Source of the DNA: Minisyncoccota bacterium
GTDB taxonomy: Bacteria > Patescibacteriota > Minisyncoccia > Phycocordibacterales > 21-14-all-36-13
DNA: 64,000 nucleotides
Reading direction: 5' to 3'
Assembly (NCBI GenBank): GCA_041658885.1
Contig: JBAZZJ010000002.1
Location: 14,649 to 78,648, forward strand
This document shows positions 1 to 7,316 of the stretch, one piece after another. The translations under genes were made by a program, and so were the position numbers. The notes beneath the pieces were generated by a model. It was given only the letters and a program-made list of their open reading frames with translations, did not search any database and was not told where the DNA came from. The stretch's first letter is position 1. The number at the start of each line of letters is the position of its first letter.

Positions 1-695
1 TTTCTGAAATTGAAATGGCAATAGAGATTATAAAAAGTAATCAAAATATTTTTATTGAAGGAATATGTTCACATTTTGCAGATGCGGACGGGGATGATTC
101 TGGTTATACAATTGATCAAATAGAAAAATGGAATGAGATTGTAAAAATTTGGAAGGAGAATTTTTCAGAAACAATTTATTATCATATATCAGCAACGGCT
201 GGAAGTATGTTTTCTGGAAGTATTAACGCAAACGCAATGAGACTAGGTATCGGTTTATATGGGATAAACGTAAGTCTGGATGACAGATTAAATTTAAAAC
301 CTGTTTTAGAAATGAAATCAGTAATTAGTTCAATTAAAGAAATAAAAAAAGGCAACAAGGTGGGATATAACACGACTTTTACAGCGGAAAAAGATATGAA
401 GATTGCAAATATTCCGGTTGGATATTATGAAGGCGTTGATAGACGACTCTCAAATAATGGTTTTTTAAAAATTAAAAATAAATTTTGTCCCATTATAGGA
501 ATTGTAAGTATGAATATAACTACGATTGATGTTACAGATACAGAACAAGTTAAAATTGGTGATGAGGTTGTTATTATAAGTTCTAATAGTAATGATGAAA
601 ACTCCGTTACAAAAATTGCTAAAAAATGTAACACAATTCCTTATGAAATTTTAGTGCATATACCAGAACGACTCAAACGGATAGTCGCGGACTAA
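1..695 (+). CDS. alr: alanine racemase, C-terminal part (5' end lies outside the window)
   Basis: Frame is open from the window edge. Motifs ICSHFADAD, PVGYYEGVDRRLSN and SMNITTIDVT fit the end of the alanine racemase barrel and its C-terminal beta domain. Confidence 0.85.
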   Translation, partial: SEIEMAIEIIKSNQNIFIEGICSHFADADGDDSGYTIDQIEKWNEIVKIWKENFSETIYYHISATAGSMFSGSINANAMRLGIGLYGINVSLDDRLNLKPVLEMKSVISSIKEIKKGNKVGYNTTFTAEKDMKIANIPVGYYEGVDRRLSNNGFLKIKNKFCPIIGIVSMNITTIDVTDTEQVKIGDEVVIISSNSNDENSVTKIAKKCNTIPYEILVHIPERLKRIVAD

Positions 696-715
696 ACGCG
701 GACTCGCACAGATAA

Positions 716-739
716 AAATCACTAAATCACTAAATTATA
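716..739. repeat. 8-nt tandem repeat AAATCACT x3, just after the alr stop
   Basis: aaatcact aaatcact aaattata read directly. Same repeat type as at 4541, 35759 and 56391. Confidence 0.7.
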
Positions 740-977
740 AAAGCAAAACTATTTTCTAATTTAATTAAATAGTTGAATAGTTAAAAAACGAGAAAAATAG
801 AAACTAAAAAACCCCAGCGTATAGCTCGGGTTTCTTTTGACTAAATTAATAGTCAAAATTACTTTCTTTGTCTTTGTTCCACCACAGAGAATCTGATGAT
901 TTTTCACGGTTTGCAACAATTTTTTGTGACAAATCGTTTCTTTCTACCTTCTCACCATCTTGGGTTAGTTCATAAAT

Positions 978-1241
978 TTATAACCCATATTCATCAAATG
1001 AATAAAAAAGATTAGGTAAAATACTTTCAATTTCTTCTTCTGAAATATATTTTACCAAAATATCAGCGGAAAATTCTTGCTGGTACATTATTTTTATAAA
1101 GAACCACTTTTTCATTTTGCCCTCCCGAGCATTTAATTGAAAAATAATTGTTTTTGAATCTACATACATGATAGCATAATCTGATTTTTCTGTCAAGTAT
1201 TTTAATAAAATACGGCTTAAAATAAGCATATCTCTAAACAT
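978..1241 (-). CDS. hypothetical protein (87 aa)
   Basis: ORF only; no recognisable motif. A further 44 sense codons follow its TAA stop in the same frame down to about 846. Confidence 0.4.
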   Translation of the reverse strand: MFRDMLILSRILLKYLTEKSDYAIMYVDSKTIIFQLNAREGKMKKWFFIKIMYQQEFSADILVKYISEEEIESILPNLFYSFDEYGL

Positions 1242-1280
1242 AGTCCTATAATATTACCCAAACTTGGACACCGAGTGTCC

Positions 1281-1319
1281 AAAAAAAGACCACGGAGGCA
1301 ACGCCTCCGTGGTTTTTTC
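1281..1319. terminator. strong bidirectional intrinsic-terminator-like hairpin between divergent genes
   Basis: ACCACGGAGGC-AAC-GCCTCCGTGGT, an 11-bp GC-rich stem, with an A-run on the left and a T-run on the right. Confidence 0.6.
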
Positions 1320-1429
1320 TTTAAAAACTTGATTAAAATAAAATATAAGTATACTATTTTATTTTAGATGGTAGGTTATTTCAAATTTTTAATTTATTTT
1401 TTTTGAACCATAATTTCTAAGGAGGAAAA

Positions 1430-1699
1430 ATGGCACGGAATGCTTTAAAGATAGAATTTGAATTCTATCTTAGAAATCAAACGAGACTTGTTAAAAAATA
1501 TAGCGGAAGATATCTTCTCATAGTTAAAAGAAGAGTACGTGGAGATTTTGAAAATTATGGCTCCACTTATCTTTTCGGATTAAAAAAATATAAACTAGGT
1601 ACTTTTTTAATTCAAAAATGTTCGCCTGGTGACAAAGATTACACTGCTAATATCTTTTTACACAAGGCTTCGGTTAGAAAATCTAAATCTAGAAAATAA
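1430..1699 (+). CDS. hypothetical small protein (89 aa)
   Basis: AAGGAGG lies 6 nt upstream of the ATG and a hairpin terminator follows directly. Confidence 0.5.
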   Translation: MARNALKIEFEFYLRNQTRLVKKYSGRYLLIVKRRVRGDFENYGSTYLFGLKKYKLGTFLIQKCSPGDKDYTANIFLHKASVRKSKSRK

Positions 1700-1702
1700 C
1701 TT

Positions 1703-1736
1703 TTGCCACAGACTCATTCTGTGGCAATCTTTTTGT
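1703..1736 (+). terminator. intrinsic terminator
   Basis: TTGCCACAGA-ctcat-TCTGTGGCAA followed by a T-rich run. Confidence 0.7.
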
Positions 1737-1787
1737 TTATATTTCATAATTTATCAAAACCATTTCAAAATGTTATATTAAAAGGCA

Positions 1788-2471
1788 ATGAAACAATTTT
1801 TTATTATAGCCACGCCAATAGGAAATCTTGAGGACATAACCCTTAGGGCAATTCGTACTCTAAAAGAGGTTGATTTGGTTTTGTGTGAAGATACACGAGT
1901 TACCAAAAAACTACTTGATAAGTATGAAATTAAAACTCCCACAATGAGTTATCACTCACAAAGTAAATTATCAAAAATTGATAAAATTTTAGATTTAATT
2001 GAAGAAAGAAAAACATTAGCACTTGTTTCTGATGCAGGCACGCCGTGCATCTCTGACCCAGGTTCACTTCTTGTTTCTAAAATTAAAGAAAAATTTTTAG
2101 AAGATATACAAATAATTCCGATACCCGGACCGAGTGCAGTTATTTCAGCTCTTTCTGGTGCAGGAGTTCCGGTGTCAGATTTTTTATTTTTAGGATTTTT
2201 ACCGCATAAGAAGGGAAGAGAAACATTGTTTAAAGAAATTTCCGAATCAAAAAGAACAGTTGTTTTTTTTGAATCACCTCACAGGATTTTAAAGACATTA
2301 GAATCTCTAAAAAAATATTTAAAAGACAATAAGAAAATAACAATTGCTCGTGAACTTACAAAAATCTATGAACAAATTATTTCAGGAGATTCGGAAGAAC
2401 TTCTAAGTTATTTTAATAAAAATAAAGATAAAATTAAGGGTGAATTTGTTGTAATTATTTCAAAAAATTAA
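1788..2471 (+). CDS. rsmI: 16S rRNA (cytidine1402-2'-O)-methyltransferase
   Basis: IATPIGNLEDITLRAIRTLKEVDLVLCEDTR, SDAGTPCISDPG and FFESPHR are characteristic of the RsmI tetrapyrrole-methylase fold. Confidence 0.9.
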   Translation: MKQFFIIATPIGNLEDITLRAIRTLKEVDLVLCEDTRVTKKLLDKYEIKTPTMSYHSQSKLSKIDKILDLIEERKTLALVSDAGTPCISDPGSLLVSKIKEKFLEDIQIIPIPGPSAVISALSGAGVPVSDFLFLGFLPHKKGRETLFKEISESKRTVVFFESPHRILKTLESLKKYLKDNKKITIARELTKIYEQIISGDSEELLSYFNKNKDKIKGEFVVIISKN

Positions 2472-2527
2472 CTATCACATTACAATTGGTACAATACAAT
2501 ATTTAACCAATTGTAATCTTGTGGTAG
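2472..2527. repeat. hairpin directly after the rsmI stop
   Basis: ATTACAATTGGT (2479-2490) and ACCAATTGTAAT (2506-2517) are a perfect 12-bp inverted repeat, extended by imperfect pairing. Confidence 0.65.
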
Positions 2528-2529
2528 TT

Positions 2530-2662
2530 AAACCCAGCACTATTTTTACAAAACAATTTCTTACTCAATGGTTTAAAAGAGTTTTGTGAATATTGAAAAT
2601 AATTTTTAGTCTTTCAAACTAAAAATTGTGGGAGCTTATCTCGTAAAAATAGTGCTGGGTTT
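2530..2662. repeat. inverted-repeat element, family D copy 1 (CCAGCAC-TATTTTT type)
   Basis: AAACCCAGCACTATTTTTAC (2530-2549) is the perfect reverse complement of GTAAAAATAGTGCTGGGTTT (2643-2662). Related termini occur at 35301-35412 and 35908-35992. Confidence 0.75.
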
Positions 2663-2729
2663 ATTATCCGCTTGCCATATTTATATATTACTGTAAACAA
2701 TGGTATATAAATTATGGGCGGATAATAAA
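2660..2729. repeat. nested hairpin element
   Basis: TTTATTATCCGC (2660-2671) pairs with GCGGATAATAAA (2718-2729). There is an inner ATATTTATATA / TATATAAAT pairing. Confidence 0.6.
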
Positions 2730-2761
2730 GTTTAAAAAACATTGAAAATAGTGTATAATTT

Positions 2762-2820
2762 ACCCCGTGGAATATGATGCTTTAGTATCATAAAACCTGA
2801 AGGTTTTTATTTCACAGGGT
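2762..2820 (+). ncRNA. three-way-junction RNA motif, family B copy 1 (paralog of the groES leader element)
   Basis: Closing stem ACCCCGTGGAAT / ATTTCACAGGGT encloses hairpins TGATGC-TTTA-GTATCA and AAAACC-TGA-GGTTTT. It is homologous to 55968-56026, with compensatory changes. Confidence 0.5.
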
Positions 2821-2830
2821 AAATATTAAT

Positions 2831-3000
2831 ATGAATCCCCACACTAATCTTGATTTCGTTTGAAACAGATTAGTCTATAAAATAAGGGTGAATGGTGGAT
2901 TTTGAAGCAGGTAAAGAAACCACAGTAGTAGAGCAAAGCTCACTACGTGGCAAGCAAATGAGGTCAATATTATTAAAATTAAGATTAGTATAGGGATGAA
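2831..3000 (+). mobile_element. MITE-like inverted-repeat element, family A copy 1 (coordinates include the flanking ATGAA repeats)
   Basis: ATGAA-T-CCCCACACTAATCTTGATTT ... AAATTAAGATTAGTATAGGG-ATGAA. About 20-bp terminal inverted repeat, an internal hairpin CCACAGTAGTAGAGC-AAA-GCTCACTACGTGG, and the 3' ATG is the start of the next ORF. Confidence 0.6.
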
Positions 3001-3274
3001 CAGAAAAAGAAAATTATTTATGACATTGGGAATTATAATTGCTTTAATTCCTCTTTTTAGCATCCCGGTTGGTTTTAAGTACTTTTTTATAATAATTTTA
3101 TCACTTTGGATTGTTGGTTCCGCATTCCTTTCCGACAGAACGTTAAGTGATTTTGTTGCAAAGAAAATAGGGATAAGAATTCATAAAAAGAAATTAACTA
3201 TAAAAAAAGCCGAAAGTTTACTTTTTAGAGAAGATAAAAATGAAGAAAAAAAGGAAGAAGTAGAACAACCATAA
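2996..3274 (+). CDS. small membrane protein (92 aa, two hydrophobic helices, acidic/basic tail)
   Basis: ORF with LFMTLGIIIALIPLF and YFFIIILSLWIVGSAF hydrophobic segments. Confidence 0.5.
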   Translation: MNRKRKLFMTLGIIIALIPLFSIPVGFKYFFIIILSLWIVGSAFLSDRTLSDFVAKKIGIRIHKKKLTIKKAESLLFREDKNEEKKEEVEQP

Positions 3275-3298
3275 AAACTCAGATTACAAAAATTAAAA

Positions 3299-4540
3299 AT
3301 GTTTAAACGAAAAAACAATACCTCAAAAAAAACACAACATTTATTGTTGTCGTTTTTTTTGTTGGTTTTTTTTGTGGTTCTTTTTTTTGTTGTTCCAATG
3401 GTGATTCCTACGAAATATAACTCCCCGAGTGCCAATAAAAAACAGATACAAACTAAAGAGGAAAATGTTTTTAAGGCAACACACATTAAAACCCCAGAAA
3501 TTGTAAAAGCTTTGTATATGACGAGCTGGGTTGCTGGAACCCCAAGTTTTAGAAAAAAAGTTATAGATATTATTGATAGAACTGAAATAAACTCAATTGT
3601 TATAGACATAAAAGACTACACCGGGAAAATATCTTTTGAAGTTGAAGATCCTTTTCTGAAAGAAGTTGGTTCGTCGGAAAATAGAATTCCTGATATAAAA
3701 GAATTTATAAAAACACTACATGACAAAAATATTTATGTAATAGGAAGAGTTTCTGTTTTTCAAGACCATGAATTAGTTTCAAAACGACCAGAACTTGCGG
3801 TTAAGAGAGCTTCAAATGGGGCTGTCTGGAAAGATCATAAAGGAATAAGCTGGTTAGACGCTGGTTCAAAAGAGGTTTGGGATTATGCTGTTGCAATCGG
3901 GAAAGAAAGTTATAGAATCGGATTTGATGAATTAAATTTTGATTATATAAGATTTCCTTCCGATGGAAATATGAACGACATTAGTTATCCGTTTAGTGAA
4001 GAAAAAATTTTGGCCGACAAAGAAAACGGAAAGACGGTTATTATGGAAAACTTTTTTAGATATTTATCAAACAAACTTAAAAAAGAAACAAATGCACCAA
4101 TTTCGGCAGATTTGTTTGGGATGGTGACAACTAATTCTGATGATTTAAATATAGGACAAGTTTTAGAAAGAGCGTTACCATATTTTGATTTTATAGCACC
4201 AATGGTTTATCCGTCTCATTACCCAAAAACTTTCATAGGTCTTTCTAACCCAGCATCATATCCATACGAGGTAGTTAAATATTCAATGGATTTTGCGGTC
4301 AAACGTGCGATCGCACTTGATAATGTTGGGATCGCGACGACCACGCTTCCATTTAACAAGACTACAAGTAAAAGTGTAAAAAAACTTCGTCCATGGCTTC
4401 AAGACTTTGATTTAGGTGCTACATACACGGCAGAAATGGTAAGAAAACAAATTCAGGCGACATACGATTCTGGTTTAACTTCGTGGATGTTGTGGGACGC
4501 TGCAAATACTTACACGGAATCAGCCTTGCTCAAAGAATAA
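3299..4540 (+). CDS. membrane-anchored putative glycoside hydrolase (DUF4015 / COG1306-like TIM barrel)
   Basis: N-terminal TM helix. VKALYMTSWVAGTP...EINSIVIDIKDYTGKISF and FDELNFDYIRFPSDG resemble the DUF4015 putative glycosyl hydrolase family. Confidence 0.65.
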   Translation: MFKRKNNTSKKTQHLLLSFFLLVFFVVLFFVVPMVIPTKYNSPSANKKQIQTKEENVFKATHIKTPEIVKALYMTSWVAGTPSFRKKVIDIIDRTEINSIVIDIKDYTGKISFEVEDPFLKEVGSSENRIPDIKEFIKTLHDKNIYVIGRVSVFQDHELVSKRPELAVKRASNGAVWKDHKGISWLDAGSKEVWDYAVAIGKESYRIGFDELNFDYIRFPSDGNMNDISYPFSEEKILADKENGKTVIMENFFRYLSNKLKKETNAPISADLFGMVTTNSDDLNIGQVLERALPYFDFIAPMVYPSHYPKTFIGLSNPASYPYEVVKYSMDFAVKRAIALDNVGIATTTLPFNKTTSKSVKKLRPWLQDFDLGATYTAEMVRKQIQATYDSGLTSWMLWDAANTYTESALLKE

Positions 4541-4628
4541 AATCACCAAATCACTAAATCACTAAATCATTAAATCACTAAATCACTAAATCACTAAATC
4601 ACTAAAAACATAAAAACATAAAAACATA
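4541..4628. repeat. 8-nt tandem repeats starting at the first base after a stop codon
   Basis: AATCACTA x8 (4541-4604, two variant units) then AAAACATA x3 (4605-4628), counted unit by unit. Confidence 0.9.
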
Positions 4629-4630
4629 AA

Positions 4631-4668
4631 ACCACTTTCTAATTCGTGCGAATTAGAAAGTGGTTTTT
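4631..4668 (+). terminator. intrinsic terminator
   Basis: ACCACTTTCTAATTCG-tg-CGAATTAGAAAGTGGT (16-bp perfect stem) followed by TTTT. Confidence 0.85.
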
Positions 4669-4731
4669 AAATTCTAATCATTTTCTACTCAACCATTCAA
4701 TTGAATTAGAGAATAGATTGAAAATAAAAAA

Positions 4732-4759
4732 TTGACAAAATTATTGAATAATATATAAT
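4732..4759 (+). promoter_or_regulatory. sigma70-type promoter
   Basis: TTGACA (4732-4737), 16-nt spacer, TATAAT (4754-4759). Confidence 0.6.
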
Positions 4760-4805
4760 ATATACGAAAATTAGTTCAATAATAAATTAAAAATAGGAGG
4801 TTAAG

Positions 4806-5210
4806 GTGTTTACTCACGAACTTCAGTCTGGCATTTTAGTTATTGTTATCTTTTGTTTATTTTTCCAAATAACAGGCATATATTGGATATTCTCAAAGAA
4901 AAACAAGTTACAAAATGGGTTAGAAGATAATCTTATTTCTGATAATTTTGAAGAATTACCAATGATATCTATTGCTATCGGATTTATTTCAGGAATAATG
5001 TTGGTATCAGTTATTCTTTACTCATTTTACCCGGGTATATTGGCAATTAAAACAACCGACATCTCCACTTTTTTAATGTGTGTAATGCTTATAATGTATG
5101 GATGTGGAATTTTTTTTATGACTTGCACAAGTTGGGGAATTTTTAGGTTTTTTATAGAACAAATATTTCCGGAGGCAGATGTAGCAAGTTGGGATTCTAT
5201 AACAATATAA
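4806..5210 (+). CDS. integral membrane protein (134 aa, GTG start)
   Basis: TAGGAGG lies 6 nt upstream of the GTG. Four hydrophobic segments; a terminator follows. Confidence 0.55.
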   Translation: MFTHELQSGILVIVIFCLFFQITGIYWIFSKKNKLQNGLEDNLISDNFEELPMISIAIGFISGIMLVSVILYSFYPGILAIKTTDISTFLMCVMLIMYGCGIFFMTCTSWGIFRFFIEQIFPEADVASWDSITI

Positions 5211-5216
5211 GTATAG

Positions 5217-5249
5217 AAAGCCGTTCTGTGTCCCAGAACGGCTTTTTTT
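5217..5249 (+). terminator. intrinsic terminator
   Basis: AAAGCCGTTCTG-tgtcc-CAGAACGGCTTT followed by a T-run. It lies inside the N-terminal extension of the track ORF 5189, so the start at 5279 is preferred. Confidence 0.8.
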
Positions 5250-5278
5250 ATTTCTCTAAACATTCTATAATTAACACA

Positions 5279-7312
5279 ATGGCAAATGGAGATAAAATTA
5301 CATATTTTGCTGAAACTGATTACAGAAACAAAAAGACAAGATTTGGCATAAAAGGAAAAGATAGATTAAGACACGTCTATGTAATAGGAAAAACTGGAAC
5401 AGGCAAATCTACTCTTCTTGAAAATATGGCTATCCAAGACATACAGGATGGCAATGGTATTGCCTTTGTTGACCCTCACGGAAAGTCAGCAGAACTTCTG
5501 CTTGATTATGTTTCTGAAAACAGAATAAACGATGTTCTTTATTTTGCTCCATTTGATTTGGACAACCCAATCTCTTTTAATGTTATGGAAGATGTTGGCA
5601 TGGACAAAAGACATCTTGTTGCAAACGGATTAATGAGCGCGTTTAAAAAAATATGGATTGATTCTTGGTCCGCAAGAATGGAATATATTTTGAATAATAT
5701 ATTACTTGCTCTTCTTGAATATCCAGAAGCAACACTTCTTGGTGTTAATAGAATGTTGGCAGACAAAGAATACAGAAAGATAGTAGTTGATAATGTGACA
5801 GATGTTTCGGTGAAGGCGTTTTGGCAAGATGAATTTGCAAAATATGGAGAAAGATATATGCAAGAGGCTGGAGCGGCAATACAAAATAAGGTTGGACAAT
5901 TTATTTCAAATCCTTTGATAAGAAACATCATAGGACAGCCCCACTCTTCTTTTGATTTCAGAGATATAATGGATAATAAAAAGATAGTTATAATTAACTT
6001 ATCAAAAGGGAGAGTCGGAGAGGCAAACGCAAGCTTGCTTGGAGGAATGCTCATAACAAAAATTTATCTTTCCTCTATGTCACGTGCGGATGTTTCTGAA
6101 GAGGGATTAAAAAAACTTCCAAACTTTTATTTATATGTTGATGAATTTCAATCTTTTGCCAATGAATCGTTTGCAGATATTTTATCAGAAGCAAGAAAAT
6201 ATAAATTAAATTTAACAATAGCCCATCAATATATAGAACAGATGGTTGATGAAGTTAAGGCGGCGGTTTTTGGAAATATTGGTACAATGATAGTTTTTAG
6301 AATAGGAGCAAATGATGCAAAAGAGTTAGAAAAAGAATTTGCTCCCCAATTTATCCCAGAAGATTTGGTAAATCTTGGTTTCGCTCAAGTATATTTGAAA
6401 TTGTTAATAGACGGCATAGGTTCGCCACCTTTTTCAGCCAGAACGCTTCCGCCAATAGAGGCTCCAGAGGTTTCTTTTAAAGAAAGAATAATTGAGAGTT
6501 CCAGAAAGAAGTTTGGTAGACCTCGTGCGGAAGTTGAGAGTTATATTATTGATTGGCATACAAACACTTATAAAGTTAATAAGAGAGATGATAGCGCTTC
6601 CAGTTTTAAACAAGAAATTAAACCGAACAAAAATAATAATTTTTCAAAAAATAAAGAAAATTTTAATAGTGAAAAAAATAAAAATTTTGGAAACAATTTT
6701 AAACAAAATAATTATAAAAATAATCAGTATTCAAACCGACAAGAGAATCAACAGACAAGTCAACAGACAAGTCAACAGACAAGTCAACAGACAACAAACC
6801 AACAAACCTCACAACCTATATTGCAACGACCAAATCAACAAATAGATGAACAAAAAAATCGAAGAAATAGAACTTATCAAAATAATACTTTCCATAAACC
6901 ATTTAAGACACAAAATAATGAGGAAGAATTTAGAAAGGCCATCTCACTTAATTATTTGAAACCAGTTGATGATACAAAAAAACCAATTGAAAGAAAGAAG
7001 AAAATGTCAGAGGAAAATGTTTTTGCTCTTAGAGAAGCATTAAGTGAGATTCTTAGTGAAACTAAAAAAAATGGAGAAACATCAACCTTGATTAGTTCTA
7101 ATGGGAGTAAGAGTACTCAAAATACAAACACAGATACAAAAAAAACAGAAGAAGACACAAAAATAGCATCAAAGACCGAACCTTCTCCAGATAAAATTAT
7201 TGATGATGAAGGAGAAAAACAAAAAGAAATACCGGAAGAGGTTTTAAGGAATATATTAGTTGTAGAAGATGAAAAATTAGATAGTAAGGAACACAAAGAA
7301 GATAAGAAATAA
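5279..7312 (+). CDS. P-loop ATPase of the TraD/VirD4 (type IV coupling protein-like, FtsK/HerA superfamily) type with a long disordered K/N/Q/E-rich C-terminus
   Basis: Walker A VIGKTGTGKST, Walker B FYLYVDEFQSF and KYKLNLTIAHQYIEQM. There is no N-terminal TM segment. The last about 250 aa are low complexity. Confidence 0.65.
   Translation: MANGDKITYFAETDYRNKKTRFGIKGKDRLRHVYVIGKTGTGKSTLLENMAIQDIQDGNGIAFVDPHGKSAELLLDYVSENRINDVLYFAPFDLDNPISFNVMEDVGMDKRHLVANGLMSAFKKIWIDSWSARMEYILNNILLALLEYPEATLLGVNRMLADKEYRKIVVDNVTDVSVKAFWQDEFAKYGERYMQEAGAAIQNKVGQFISNPLIRNIIGQPHSSFDFRDIMDNKKIVIINLSKGRVGEANASLLGGMLITKIYLSSMSRADVSEEGLKKLPNFYLYVDEFQSFANESFADILSEARKYKLNLTIAHQYIEQMVDEVKAAVFGNIGTMIVFRIGANDAKELEKEFAPQFIPEDLVNLGFAQVYLKLLIDGIGSPPFSARTLPPIEAPEVSFKERIIESSRKKFGRPRAEVESYIIDWHTNTYKVNKRDDSASSFKQEIKPNKNNNFSKNKENFNSEKNKNFGNNFKQNNYKNNQYSNRQENQQTSQQTSQQTSQQTTNQQTSQPILQRPNQQIDEQKNRRNRTYQNNTFHKPFKTQNNEEEFRKAISLNYLKPVDDTKKPIERKKKMSEENVFALREALSEILSETKKNGETSTLISSNGSKSTQNTNTDTKKTEEDTKIASKTEPSPDKIIDDEGEKQKEIPEEVLRNILVVEDEKLDSKEHKEDKK
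6749..6796 (+). repeat. 12-nt in-frame tandem repeat (QQTS)n
   Basis: CAACAGACAAGT x3 plus one variant unit. Confidence 0.85.
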
Positions 7313-7316
7313 CAAA

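Noticed and set aside
2875-3063. Minus-strand ORFs 2875-3063 and 8821-9111, which share the peptide SFACHVVSFALLLWFLYL and look like a conserved small-protein family.
   Set aside because: They are simply the antisense translation of family A repeat copies 1 and 2. The similarity is DNA-repeat identity, and each overlaps the real + strand start codon.
4541-4628. Possible CRISPR array or coding micro-satellite.
   Set aside because: The units are 8 nt with no spacers, far too short for CRISPR. A period of 8 cannot be coding.
5189-5278. Track start of the ATPase ORF at 5189 (and similarly 13372, 38895, 55799 and 30139 for other genes).
   Set aside because: Each extension overlaps something that should not be coding for that gene: 5189 overlaps a terminator hairpin, 13372 a repeat element, 38895 the upstream gene, and 55799 a hairpin element. 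30139 uses TTG when a nearby ATG fits homolog N-termini better.
6492-6845. Alternative-frame ORF inside the ATPase tail (IIKIISIQTDKRINRQVNRQVNRQ...).
   Set aside because: It is a frame-shifted reading of the A-rich low-complexity and (QQTS)n tandem-repeat region. The main frame is continuous with the ATPase domain.
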